A stretch of 64,000 nt of DNA from Candidatus Gottesmanbacteria bacterium RIFCSPHIGHO2_02_FULL_39_11 (lineage in GTDB: Bacteria > Patescibacteriota > Microgenomatia > 2-02-FULL-39-11). Numbering within the stretch: position 1 is the stretch's first letter; each line of letters opens with the position of its first letter. Under the pieces are notes generated by a model. That model did not search any database, was not told where the DNA came from, and saw nothing but the letters and a program-made list of their open reading frames with translations. The stretch covers positions 3,226 to 67,225 of the forward strand of contig MFJL01000026.1 of NCBI GenBank assembly GCA_001779195.1. The letters are read 5' to 3'. The position numbers were made by a program, and so were the translations under genes. Shown piece by piece: positions 46,681 to 56,086 of this stretch.

Positions 46681-47181
46681 TTACTTCATCATGGCCAAAA
46701 GCGTATTTGACCACCCTTCTTTTAAGATGCTGGCATGTTTGACTGCTTCTTTTTCTTCAGAAGATAACTCATGATCCACACTTTTTCCATCCATTACCCT
46801 TTTTATATACCACCTGGTATTGCCTCTATTATGAAGAGAGGTAATGACCAGTCCGCTGTTGTATCCATCCAGAAGTGCAATGATAAAACTCTGTTCTCCT
46901 CCTGTATTTGCAAAAGGATTAAACCGGACTAAGCCCATTTTCTGAATATGATATTTCGTATCTTTTTTGAGAGTGTCTACTTCTTTTTCAAAATAGTCCT
47001 GCCGGGTTGAATGTTCATTTACGTGCCCTAAAATCTCAGTTAAAATTTCCTGCAGATTTTTTTTATTATTTCCCCCCGTAAGCGTCCTGTAATGACTCAT
47101 CATTTTATACAAATTCAGAGTCAGTACTGACATCCATCCCACGATTAACCCGATTAATACAAAAAGAATTACACTTTCCAT
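46681..47181 (-). CDS. DUF4446-like membrane-anchored protein
   Basis: MESVILFVLIGLIVGW TM start, then a domain ending GEQSFIIALLDGYNSGLVITSLH. It resembles DUF4446 from memory. Confidence 0.35.
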   Translation of the reverse strand: MESVILFVLIGLIVGWMSVLTLNLYKMMSHYRTLTGGNNKKNLQEILTEILGHVNEHSTRQDYFEKEVDTLKKDTKYHIQKMGLVRFNPFANTGGEQSFIIALLDGYNSGLVITSLHNRGNTRWYIKRVMDGKSVDHELSSEEKEAVKHASILKEGWSNTLLAMMK

Positions 47182-47256
47182 AAATGAGTACACTATGTAT
47201 TCGAGATTGTAAATTACTTTACAAGGTTCTGTCAATATGATAGGCTCAAATCTGCT

Positions 47257-47523
47257 ATGCCGCAAAAAACCAGAAAAGAAAAAATCCTCGCAGAAAAAAG
47301 GAGACAGAAGCAACTTTTAATTTCTCCTGCCGTGCCTGCTTATTCTTTAGACATAAAACCTGCTCCCAAAACTTCTTCAGAAGCGCAAAGTGTACAAAAC
47401 ACAGAAAAAGTAAATATACTGACAGGACACGCTGACCTCAAGTCTGACCTTTTAAAAATTTCACTTTTTACCGTAGGGGCTGTTGCTTTTCAACTTATTT
47501 TATTCTTCTTTGTTATCAAATAA
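47257..47523 (+). CDS. small hypothetical protein with C-terminal TM helix
   Basis: 88 aa, basic N-terminus, C-terminal hydrophobic helix. Confidence 0.25.
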   Translation: MPQKTRKEKILAEKRRQKQLLISPAVPAYSLDIKPAPKTSSEAQSVQNTEKVNILTGHADLKSDLLKISLFTVGAVAFQLILFFFVIK

Positions 47524-47524
47524 C

Positions 47525-47631
47525 ACGACTTACTATGTAAGTCGTCATCCTGAACTTGATTCAGCCTGCCTGCCGGCAGGCAGGGATCCAGAAATTAACT
47601 AACTGGATTCCGGGTCAAGCCCGGAATGACA
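47525..47631. repeat. composite palindromic repeat (hairpin acgacttac/gtaagtcgt; GTCATCCTGAAC...; cctgcctgcc/ggcaggcagg; GGATTCCGGGTCAAGCCCGGAATGACA)
   Basis: Several perfect hairpins concatenated, seen directly. Confidence 0.7.
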
Positions 47632-47843
47632 ACATATGCCCTTCATTTTCTGTGTCCGGTGTCAGACAAAGCGGGATGATCCTAATGCACAAAAAGTTAT
47701 AATGAAAAATAAGCGTCCGGCTCTTAAAGGAAAATGCCCGGTCTGCGGGGCAACCTTGTTTCAGTTGGGAGGATAACCAAGATATTGAAGAAAAGAATTC
47801 AATAATATATTTAATCCTAATTCAGCTAATATAATTTTTTGAA

Positions 47844-48728
47844 ATGCTTGAAAATAAAATAGCAATAATAACCGGTGCAGCAAGCGGAATTGGCCAAGAA
47901 GCAATAAGACGCTTTATTCAAAATCCAAATTATCAAGTATATGCTGTAGATAAAAACCCGCTAGTCTGTCAACTGTACGACAGAAGTTCTTCTGTTAAAC
48001 CAACTCTGTTAGATGTTAGAGAACGTGATGCAGTATCTCAATTCGTTCAACAAGTGCTGGAAAGAAACAGCAGTGTAGAGGTGCTTGTAAACGGAGCGGG
48101 AATTTTGAATGTTGGCAGAGTGGAAACATATTATGATATAGATGGAAAACCAAATTCAAAATATCAAGATCTCTTAGAAACGAATTATACGGCCCCTTTA
48201 AGATTAATGAGATTAATCTTACCTGTTATGAGGCAACAAGGTTCAGGGGTTATAGTAAATATTACCTCAACAAAAGAATATGTACAGGATCCCTATCATG
48301 TTCCTTATGCTGATTTAAAAGCAAAATTAACAAAAGTCACAAGAAGGATTTCACAGGTAGAAAGAGAAAATGGTATTAGAGTTGTTGCTTTGCAACCGGG
48401 AAATACGAAAACAAATATCGATCCGGGACTATGGACTCCGGGAAGTGATGAAGAAGAGTCATATCAAATACAAACATTAAATGACTGGTGGAGAAAAGTC
48501 TTTGGAAACAATCCCCGAAATGTCGCAGAAGTAATTTACCAAATTGCAGAAGGAGATATAACAGATGAACGGGTTTTGGTGGGAATGGATGCAAAACTTG
48601 CGGCAATTTTGCATGATCATCTACCCTATTGGGATAAAATATTTGCACTAGGTTATAAATCTGCAATGATTCTAACCAGAGTAAGTCTTGCAATTCAAAA
48701 TAAAAGGAATGAGCAAATTAATAAATAG
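47844..48728 (+). CDS. short-chain dehydrogenase/reductase (SDR) family oxidoreductase
   Basis: TGAASGIG cofactor motif and the YxxxK region (YADLK). Confidence 0.85.
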   Translation: MLENKIAIITGAASGIGQEAIRRFIQNPNYQVYAVDKNPLVCQLYDRSSSVKPTLLDVRERDAVSQFVQQVLERNSSVEVLVNGAGILNVGRVETYYDIDGKPNSKYQDLLETNYTAPLRLMRLILPVMRQQGSGVIVNITSTKEYVQDPYHVPYADLKAKLTKVTRRISQVERENGIRVVALQPGNTKTNIDPGLWTPGSDEEESYQIQTLNDWWRKVFGNNPRNVAEVIYQIAEGDITDERVLVGMDAKLAAILHDHLPYWDKIFALGYKSAMILTRVSLAIQNKRNEQINK

Positions 48729-48736
48729 GGTGAGAA

Positions 48737-49531
48737 TTAAAAGTGATAAAACGATATTCTTGCTTTCTTCTCTAATTTTAATAGTCCCTTCGTAACTAAT
48801 TCTGTTAAATAGTCGGTTGCGGCACTTTGGCTCACGTGAAGAAAAGTCCGAACCTCTTTATTGGTGACTTTTCCTTTTACTTTGACATAGTCAACAATCT
48901 TATTCATGCGAATCATCCTTCGCCGGGCACGTTCCTGGTTTGCATGGTTTAATTTTTCAAAAGCATTTCTCTTGATCCCTTCTTTCACTTGATCTTCAAT
49001 AGCATGCTTGTCAGATGAACCTATCTGATCGGCCGGATTCGTCTGCGGCAATCGGCCAGGTTCGTCTATAGTATCGGCCACATTGGTAGAAGACTCTACG
49101 GGATGATCGGCCGGATTGGTACTCTCCTCCCGGCCACTTTCGCTCACCGGATCGGCCATTTTGGTGGAATCTGGCCGATCGGCATTTGTGGAAGGATCAG
49201 AAGGCTGATCGGCCGGAATGGAATCAGATTTTGGGCCGGGTTCAACGGATTGGTTGGGAACAGGAGAAGCAGGAAGAGGTCGAATCTCGACAGGCTTTGA
49301 AGGTTCAACTTGAATAGGAGGAGGACTAACGGGAACCGGAGAAGCACTCGACGGAGACTCAACTGGAGAAGACGGAATGGAAGGTTCCTGCGGAAGGTTT
49401 TGAACAGGAGGGTTGGGTTGAGTAGGTAGGAACTCAGGAATAGAAACTTTCACGTCTTTAAGTTTATTAAGGATGTCGCCAAAAGACGTGCGTGAATTTC
49501 CCAAAGGAGGAACTGTAGCATCATCTGCCAT
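48737..49531 (-). CDS. Pro/Ser/Asp-rich low-complexity protein with C-terminal winged-helix DNA-binding domain
   Basis: C-terminal KEVRTFLHVSQSAATDYLTELVTKGLL wHTH. The N-terminal two-thirds is low complexity with NPAD/ADQ repeats, encoded by GATCGGCC-type DNA repeats. Confidence 0.4.
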   Translation of the reverse strand: MADDATVPPLGNSRTSFGDILNKLKDVKVSIPEFLPTQPNPPVQNLPQEPSIPSSPVESPSSASPVPVSPPPIQVEPSKPVEIRPLPASPVPNQSVEPGPKSDSIPADQPSDPSTNADRPDSTKMADPVSESGREESTNPADHPVESSTNVADTIDEPGRLPQTNPADQIGSSDKHAIEDQVKEGIKRNAFEKLNHANQERARRRMIRMNKIVDYVKVKGKVTNKEVRTFLHVSQSAATDYLTELVTKGLLKLEKKARISFYHF

Positions 49532-49594
49532 ACAAAGTCAGTATAGCATTCCAATCATTATACTGCTTTGATCAGGTAATTCGATAAAAAAAAT

Positions 49595-49623
49595 TTGACA
49601 AAAGCCGCAAAAGAAGATATATT
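49595..49623 (+). promoter_or_regulatory. sigma70-type promoter TTGACA-N17-TATATT for leuA leader
   Basis: Consensus -35 at 49595-49600 and -10 at 49618-49623, seen directly. Confidence 0.6.
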
Positions 49624-49722
49624 TTCTATAGTGTGATTACAAATTCTCTTTCAAACCTTTTAAATCTCCTCCTTCTTGGAGGCATTTAATGGGGTTTGAG
49701 AGAGCCAAAGTTTTAGAATAAG

Positions 49723-49745
49723 TCTCTCGAAAGAGAGATTTTTTT
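49723..49745 (+). terminator. intrinsic terminator-like hairpin tctctc-gaaa-gagaga + T7 within the leuA 5' leader
   Basis: Perfect 6-bp stem and 7 T residues. An upstream GAGAGAG (49699-49705) could alternatively pair with the 5' arm as an antiterminator. Confidence 0.5.
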
Positions 49746-49834
49746 ATGCAGCCGTTGCCGATTCTGAGTTTGACGAAGAAGCGGTTTACGGATGCATAAT
49801 CCGCCGAAGCCTTGGCGAAGGCGGATATTACCTT

Positions 49835-51334
49835 ATGAAACAAAAAATTTACATCTTTGACACCACCCTAAGAGACGGTGAACAAACCCCCGGAGCCAAA
49901 TTAAATACTGCCCAAAAAGTAATTTTGGCAAAACAACTTGAGAAACTGGGAGTGGATATTATTGAGGCCGGGTTCCCTATCTCATCTCCGGGAGACTTCC
50001 AATCGGTTGTTGAGATCGGAAAAGCAGTAAAAGACGTAGTCGTATGCGGACTGACACGGGCTATAAAAGGAGATATCGACCGTGCAGCTGAGGCGCTTAA
50101 ATATTGTAAACATCCCCGGATTCATACCGGTATCGGAGCATCGGATGTTCACATCGAATTTAAATTTAAAAGTACTAGAGAAAAAATACTTGAACAAGGC
50201 ATAGAAGCTGTAAAGTACGCTAAAAAATGTGTAGATGATGTTGAATTTTATGCGGAAGATGCAGGACGGGCTGATAATGGATTTTTAGCCAAAATGGTGT
50301 ATGAAGTTATTAAAGCCGGTGCAACCGTTGTAAATATTCCGGATACTACCGGATATTGTTTTCCTGAGGAATTCGGAGAAAAAATAAAGTATCTTTTTAA
50401 TCACGTGGAAAACATAGACAAGGCAATTATTTCCGTTCACTGCCATAATGATCTGGGTATGGCAACTGCCAATACGCTATCAGGAGTGGCAAATGGAGCA
50501 AGACAAGTAGAGGTTACGATAAACGGCATCGGAGAGAGAGCAGGAAACACATCTCTTGAGGAAGTTGTAATGGCTCTTTATACCAGGAAAGACAAAACGG
50601 ATTACTTTACCGATATTAAAACTGCTGAGATTTCCCCGGCAAGTAAAATGGTATCAAGCATTATGGGAATTCCCATTCAGCCGAATAAAGCAATAGTGGG
50701 AGCCAATGCATTTGCCCATTCCTCAGGAATACATCAGGATGGAGTTTTAAAGAGACGCGAAAACTATGAAATTATTGATCCGAAAACCGTAGGACTGGAT
50801 GCATCCCAAATTATACTTACGGCACGATCAGGACGTGCTGCACTCCGACATAAGTTGGGAGAACTTGGAATTGAATTAAATCAGGATGAATTAAACGGTT
50901 TGTATGAAGATTTTTTAAATCTCGCTGACCGGAAAAAAGAAATTTATGATGAGGATCTCCGTATGTTGGTAGGAGAAAAACAGGAGGGCAAGCCGCAAAA
51001 AATAAAATTGGATTTGATACATGCAATTTCAGGGAATCAAAACCTTCCAACCGCTTCGGTCAAACTTACCATCCTGGACAAAGAATACGAGTCAGCAGCA
51101 ACCGGAGACGGAGGAATTGATGCCGCTTTTAAAGCAATTGATCACTGTGTGAAGAAAAAATACAAGCTTACTGAATTTATGATTACTGCAGTAAGTGTGG
51201 GAACAGACGCGCAAGCCCGGGTAAATGTAGCAATTGAGTATAATAAAGAACTTTTTTGGGGCGTGGGTATTGATACGGATACCGTCGTTGCAGCAGCTAA
51301 ATCTTATATAGATGCGATAAATAAATTTATCTGA
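49835..51334 (+). CDS. leuA: 2-isopropylmalate synthase / (R)-citramalate synthase family (LeuA/CimA) with C-terminal LeuA-dimer regulatory domain
   Basis: HMGL-like N-terminus [12 protein letters not shown]; HxH metal site; C-terminal [12 protein letters not shown] regulatory domain. Confidence 0.85.
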   Translation: MKQKIYIFDTTLRDGEQTPGAKLNTAQKVILAKQLEKLGVDIIEAGFPISSPGDFQSVVEIGKAVKDVVVCGLTRAIKGDIDRAAEALKYCKHPRIHTGIGASDVHIEFKFKSTREKILEQGIEAVKYAKKCVDDVEFYAEDAGRADNGFLAKMVYEVIKAGATVVNIPDTTGYCFPEEFGEKIKYLFNHVENIDKAIISVHCHNDLGMATANTLSGVANGARQVEVTINGIGERAGNTSLEEVVMALYTRKDKTDYFTDIKTAEISPASKMVSSIMGIPIQPNKAIVGANAFAHSSGIHQDGVLKRRENYEIIDPKTVGLDASQIILTARSGRAALRHKLGELGIELNQDELNGLYEDFLNLADRKKEIYDEDLRMLVGEKQEGKPQKIKLDLIHAISGNQNLPTASVKLTILDKEYESAATGDGGIDAAFKAIDHCVKKKYKLTEFMITAVSVGTDAQARVNVAIEYNKELFWGVGIDTDTVVAAAKSYIDAINKFI

Positions 51335-51336
51335 TT

Positions 51337-52734
51337 ATGCCTAAAACTCTTTTTCAAAAATTATGGGATTCTCATATCGTCAAAAAAATAGATGATGAGA
51401 CTTTCTTAATCTATATCGATACTCATCTGGTGCATGAGGTTACTTCCCCCCAGGCGTTTAACGGACTGAGAAAGCGCGGAATCAAAGTAAGACGGAGGGA
51501 TAAAACTTTTGCAACATGCGATCATAATGTCCCGACATCCGATCAGAAAAACATACGGGATGAATTATCCCGCCTCCAAGTTGAAGCGCTTGAAAAAAAC
51601 TGTAAGGAATTTGAAATCCCCCTGTATGGACTGGATAGTCCCCATCAGGGAATTGTTCATGTAATAGGACCTGAACTTGGAATTACACAGCCGGGTGCAA
51701 CCATAGTCTGCGGAGATTCCCACACGTCCACTCATGGTGCATTTGGGACTTTGGCATTCGGAATTGGAACAACGGAAGTTGAACAGGTTTTAGCAACTCA
51801 GTGTCTGCTCCAATCTCCCTTAAAGACTATGGAAATAAAAATTGATGGAAAATTGGGGAGTGGTGTAACTGCTAAAGATATTATTCTGACCATTATTAGA
51901 AATATCGGAACTAAAGGCGGAAGCGGGTATGCAATTGAATACACGGGAGAAGCAATAAGAAATCTTTCAATGGATGGACGCATGACCATATGCAATATGA
52001 GTATCGAGGCAGGGGCAAAAGCAGGAATGGTTGCTGCGGATCAAAAGACATTTGACTATATAAAAGGAAAAATGTTTGCACCCTATGGAACAAATTGGGA
52101 TAAAGCTTTAGATTATTGGAAAAGTCTTCATACAGATAAAGGGGCTGCATATGATAAATTAATTGTAATTAATGGAAATACAATTGAACCGCTGGTAACA
52201 TATGGAACAGATCCTTCAACAGGAATTAAATTAAGCGAAAAAATTCCAAATTTTTCCGATTTAAAAACTCCTGAGGAAAAAATTACACTTACCAAATCTT
52301 TGGAATACATGCAGATTAAACCCGGAACATCTTTAAATAATTTTCCTATAGATTATGTGTTTATTGGAAGCTGTACGAACTCTAGACTATCCGATCTTCG
52401 TGAAGTTACAAACTTAATAAAAGGAAAAAAAGTAAAATCAGGAGTTTATGCTTTTGTGGTACCGGGATCCCGGCATGTAAAAAAAATGGCTGAGGAAGAG
52501 GGCTTAGACAAAATATTTATAAGTGCCGGATTTGACTGGAGAGGAGCGGGATGCTCAGCCTGTCTGGGGATGAACGAAGATAAAATTCCGGCAGGAAAAT
52601 ACTGTGTTTCGACAAGTAATAGAAATTTTCAAGGCCGCCAGGGCCCGGGAGCCCGCACTTTTTTGGCAAGTCCTCTAACCGCTGCAATTTCAGCAATAGA
52701 AGGAAAAATTGTTGATGTGAGAAATTATTTATAA
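51337..52734 (+). CDS. leuC: 3-isopropylmalate dehydratase large subunit
   Basis: Aconitase-family Cys ligands and the LeuC N-terminus. Confidence 0.9.
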   Translation: MPKTLFQKLWDSHIVKKIDDETFLIYIDTHLVHEVTSPQAFNGLRKRGIKVRRRDKTFATCDHNVPTSDQKNIRDELSRLQVEALEKNCKEFEIPLYGLDSPHQGIVHVIGPELGITQPGATIVCGDSHTSTHGAFGTLAFGIGTTEVEQVLATQCLLQSPLKTMEIKIDGKLGSGVTAKDIILTIIRNIGTKGGSGYAIEYTGEAIRNLSMDGRMTICNMSIEAGAKAGMVAADQKTFDYIKGKMFAPYGTNWDKALDYWKSLHTDKGAAYDKLIVINGNTIEPLVTYGTDPSTGIKLSEKIPNFSDLKTPEEKITLTKSLEYMQIKPGTSLNNFPIDYVFIGSCTNSRLSDLREVTNLIKGKKVKSGVYAFVVPGSRHVKKMAEEEGLDKIFISAGFDWRGAGCSACLGMNEDKIPAGKYCVSTSNRNFQGRQGPGARTFLASPLTAAISAIEGKIVDVRNYL

Positions 52735-52740
52735 ACATAC

Positions 52741-52826
52741 TGTCATTCCCACGTTTACCCTGAAAAGTTCGCTTTTTAGGGAAGGCGGGAATCCATCCTG
52801 GATCCCGGATCAAGTCCGGGATGACA
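52741..52826. repeat. composite palindromic repeat (family A + family B modules) between leuC and leuD
   Basis: TGTCATTCCCACGTTTACCCTGAAAAGTTCGCTTTTTAGGGAAGGCGGGAATCC + TGGATCCCGGATCAAGTCCGGGATGACA. Confidence 0.75.
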
Positions 52827-52836
52827 AATAATATAT

Positions 52837-53424
52837 ATGAAAAAAATTCACAAAATCACTTCTCATACTCTCCCATTAAAACACGAGAACATCGACACAG
52901 ACCAAATTATCCCTGCTAAATTTCTTAAAACCACAGTGCGGGAAGGAATCGGGGAGTTTTTCTTCCATGCATGGCGGGAGGATAAAGATTCCGTTTTTCA
53001 TTCTTCTAAGCATAAAGGGGCCAAAATACTTTTGGCAGGAAAAAACTTCGGAATCGGAAGTTCCCGCGAGCATGCTGTGTGGGCAACACTGGATTACGGA
53101 TTTGATGCCGTTATTTCTTCTTCGTTTGGAGACATTTTTTACAACAACTCGTTAAAAAACGGCCTTATTCCTGTCAAAATCGCACACAGCGAACTTTTGG
53201 AACTGTTTGGATTGGTTGAAAAAGACCACACCACCATTATCGAAGTAAATTTGGAGAGTGAGGAAATTCATCTTCCCAAACACGGAAAAAAATATAAATT
53301 CCCGATTGATCCTTTCCGGAAACAGCTTTTGTTAAATGGAACAGATGAATTAGGGTATCTTTTGACACTCGATAAAGAAATTTCAGAATTTGAAAATAAA
53401 CATAAAGGATTTGTGAATAATTAA
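52837..53424 (+). CDS. leuD: 3-isopropylmalate dehydratase small subunit
   Basis: Aconitase swivel domain, 195 aa. Confidence 0.9.
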   Translation: MKKIHKITSHTLPLKHENIDTDQIIPAKFLKTTVREGIGEFFFHAWREDKDSVFHSSKHKGAKILLAGKNFGIGSSREHAVWATLDYGFDAVISSSFGDIFYNNSLKNGLIPVKIAHSELLELFGLVEKDHTTIIEVNLESEEIHLPKHGKKYKFPIDPFRKQLLLNGTDELGYLLTLDKEISEFENKHKGFVNN

Positions 53425-53445
53425 TTATCATCTAAAAAATATTCA

Positions 53446-53471
53446 GATCCTGAAACAAGTTCAGGATGACA
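53446..53471. repeat. palindromic repeat, family C (GATCCTGAAACAAGTTCAGGATGACA) between leuD and leuB
   Basis: Perfect hairpin ATCCTGAAC/GTTCAGGAT; the same unit recurs at 59205-59231. Confidence 0.7.
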
Positions 53472-53477
53472 TAAGAT

Positions 53478-54542
53478 ATGCAAAAAACCATAGCTGTTTT
53501 ACCGGGTGACGGAATCGGTCCTGAAATAATTGAAGAAAGTATTAACATACTAAATGCCGTTGCAAAAAAATTCAATCATATGTTCGAGTATAAATATGGA
53601 TTAATCGGCGCTTCCGCAATTGATAAAACAGGTGATCCGTTTCCAAAAGAGACAGAAGAAATTTGCAGAACTTCCGATGCAATTTTATTTGGGGCAATCG
53701 GGGATCCGAAATATGATAATGACCCGCGGGCAAAAGTAAGACCGGAACAGGGAATTTTACGTCTTAGAAAGTCTTTGGAACTTTTTGCAAACATTAGACC
53801 AGTCAGTATTTACCCGGAACTTTTTGATATTTCTCCTCTGAAAAATGAAAAGCTTAAAAACGTAGATTTTATTATCGTCAGAGAATTGACCGGCGGGATA
53901 TATTTTGGTGAAAAGAAACGATTCAGTAGCAGTAAAAGTGCATCCGATGTCCTAACTTATTCAAAAGATGAAATAAAGAGAATTGCAAAAAAAGCATTTG
54001 ATCTTGCTAAAAAAAGAAAGAAAAAAGTGACATCTGTTGACAAAGCAAACGTTTTGGAAACTTCACGGCTTTGGAGAGAGACGGTAAATGAAATATCACA
54101 GGATTATTCAGGTGTTGAGTTAAATCATCTATTTGTTGACAATACTTCCATGCAGATTATCAAACGTCCCTCTGAATTTGATGTCATTCTGACGGAAAAT
54201 ATGTTCGGAGATATTCTCTCCGATGAGGCATCGGTGCTAGCCGGTTCAATAGGACTTCTTCCTTCCGCATCCATCGGAGAAAAATACGCGCTTTACGAAC
54301 CTATCCATGGAGCGTTTAATAAAGCCGCGGGTAAAAATATAGCAAATCCCGTGGGTACCATTTTATCCGCAGCCATGATGTTGCGGTTAAGTTTTAAGAT
54401 GGAAGAAGAAGCACAAGTAGTTGAAAACGCAGTGAAAGAAACGATTAAGGATGGGAAGAGAACTAAAGATACAGCACCCTCACAAGAAACTTATTTAGGA
54501 ACAAAAGAATTCGGGGAAATAATTAAGAAAAATTGTCTTTGA
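53478..54542 (+). CDS. leuB: 3-isopropylmalate dehydrogenase
   Basis: IAVLPGDGIGPEI N-terminus and the isocitrate/IPM dehydrogenase signature. Confidence 0.9.
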   Translation: MQKTIAVLPGDGIGPEIIEESINILNAVAKKFNHMFEYKYGLIGASAIDKTGDPFPKETEEICRTSDAILFGAIGDPKYDNDPRAKVRPEQGILRLRKSLELFANIRPVSIYPELFDISPLKNEKLKNVDFIIVRELTGGIYFGEKKRFSSSKSASDVLTYSKDEIKRIAKKAFDLAKKRKKKVTSVDKANVLETSRLWRETVNEISQDYSGVELNHLFVDNTSMQIIKRPSEFDVILTENMFGDILSDEASVLAGSIGLLPSASIGEKYALYEPIHGAFNKAAGKNIANPVGTILSAAMMLRLSFKMEEEAQVVENAVKETIKDGKRTKDTAPSQETYLGTKEFGEIIKKNCL

Positions 54543-54548
54543 TTTTCT

Positions 54549-55502
54549 TTAAATTTTCGTTAGCCAATTTTTATATTTGTTATTTCTCCCTCTCACAATG
54601 TCAAAAAAGAGTTTCTGAAGTTTTCCGGTGACGGGTCCAATTTTACCATCACGTATTTTCCTTCCGTCAACTTCTGAAATCCATGCCACCTGCGCGCCGG
54701 TTCCTGACAGAAAACACTCATCTGAAATATATACCTCACTCCTATCTACTTCCCGTTCCTCAACCGGAATATGAAGATCACGGGCAAGCTGAATAATGGA
54801 ACGCCTGGTAATTCCTTCTAAAATATCTGAATAGTTAGATGGGGTGATAAGCACACCATCCCTTACCATAAAGAAATTTGCGGCAGATCCTTCAGTAATG
54901 TGGCCTTCTGATGTCATCATTAGAGCGTCATCAAATCCCAAGCTTTCAGCGTCTCCTTTTGCCAACGATGAGTTAATATATGCTCCTGTAACTTTTGCCC
55001 GTGCCGGAATCATCACATCTGAAATCCGTATCCAGTTTGAAATCATCAGTTTCAATCCTTTGTGTATCGGCAGGTACTCCCCCAGAGGGATCATGTATAT
55101 CGCAAAATCAAAGACCGCTTCGTGAAGGTTAGGAGATAATCCTAAATTGGATGCATAAGCAAGGGGCCGGAAATAACAATCTGTATCCGGTGCATTTTTC
55201 TTTGCAAGTTCAATGGTAATATCAACCAATTTCTTATGAGAATAAGGAATGGTCTTATTTAAAATATTGAGCGACTTTAAAAACCTTTGATAATGATCCG
55301 CAATTCTGAAAATCGCTACTTCTTTTTTGGGATTTTGGATTTTGGATTTTGGATTTTCTTGTACATACCCCCGTATTCCTCCAAATATTCCCGTCCCGTA
55401 CTGAAGAGCGTTTGTCATAATACTGACCTTTGCTTCACCAATCGGAACTATTTTCCCTTTAAAAAAAACATAGGGAAAAGAGATTTTTGAATTGTTTGTC
55501 AT
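54549..55502 (-). CDS. ilvE: branched-chain amino acid aminotransferase (fold type IV)
   Basis: Class IV aminotransferase motifs; its stop lies 6 nt from the convergent leuB stop. Confidence 0.85.
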   Translation of the reverse strand: MTNNSKISFPYVFFKGKIVPIGEAKVSIMTNALQYGTGIFGGIRGYVQENPKSKIQNPKKEVAIFRIADHYQRFLKSLNILNKTIPYSHKKLVDITIELAKKNAPDTDCYFRPLAYASNLGLSPNLHEAVFDFAIYMIPLGEYLPIHKGLKLMISNWIRISDVMIPARAKVTGAYINSSLAKGDAESLGFDDALMMTSEGHITEGSAANFFMVRDGVLITPSNYSDILEGITRRSIIQLARDLHIPVEEREVDRSEVYISDECFLSGTGAQVAWISEVDGRKIRDGKIGPVTGKLQKLFFDIVRGRNNKYKNWLTKI

Positions 55503-55512
55503 AAAGTTAATA

Positions 55513-55635
55513 TGTCATCCCCGACCAGATCGGGGATCCACTCATTAATAAATAAGTTTTATTCTAAGATTTTTTAAGGATTGGATTCCCGCCTGCCCTA
55601 AAAAGCGAATTTTCAGGGTAAACGCAGGAATGACA
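55513..55635. repeat. composite palindromic repeat (family D + inverted family A) between ilvE and ridA
   Basis: Seen directly. Confidence 0.7.
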
Positions 55636-55659
55636 AAATATTAAATATTTGTAATTAAC

Positions 55660-56085
55660 TTAACAGCATTCTCCTCCGCATCCATCACATCCTTCATCCT
55701 TCATCCGTTTAATATACGCAATACATTCAATTTCAATCGGCGATCCTTTCGGAAGAACAGCAACCTGTACCGTTGCACGAGCAGGGAACGGCTTCTCAAA
55801 ATAAGTTTCATAAACTTTATTCATATCAGAGAATTTCGAAAGATCAGTCATATAAACCGTTGTTTTAAGTACCGATTCCATGCCGGAGCCGGCATCTTCT
55901 AAAATCGATTTGATATTTTCCAAAACTTGTTTTGTTTGTTTTGAAATATCACCCTTTACTATTTCTTTTGTTTTAGGGTTTATGGGAATCTGTCCTGAAA
56001 CAAAAACCAGATCTCCTATAACCACCCCTTGGGAATAGGGGCCAATTGCTTGTGGTGCATTGGGTGTAATAATTTCTTGAATCAT
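55660..56085 (-). CDS. ridA: RidA/YjgF-family reactive enamine/imine deaminase with Cys-rich C-terminal tail
   Basis: PNAPQAIGPYSQGVVIGDLVFVSGQIP RidA core; an extra C-terminal CDGCGGECC. Confidence 0.8.
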   Translation of the reverse strand: MIQEIITPNAPQAIGPYSQGVVIGDLVFVSGQIPINPKTKEIVKGDISKQTKQVLENIKSILEDAGSGMESVLKTTVYMTDLSKFSDMNKVYETYFEKPFPARATVQVAVLPKGSPIEIECIAYIKRMKDEGCDGCGGECC

Positions 56086-56086
56086 G

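Noticed and set aside
49103-49362. ORFs 49103-49300 (+) and 49144-49362 (-) inside the Pro-rich wHTH gene
   Set aside because: They are alternate-frame readings of the GATCGGCC repeat tract, produced by repeat-driven open frames.
49680-49745. T-box riboswitch in leuA leader
   Set aside because: The leader is only ~115 nt and the conserved T-box sequence (AGGGUGGNACCGCG) and specifier-loop architecture were not found. It is retained only as a generic attenuator.
49637-49843. 68-aa minus-strand ORF across the leuA leader
   Set aside because: It covers the promoter/terminator/leader structures and has no RBS. The region is better explained as regulatory RNA.
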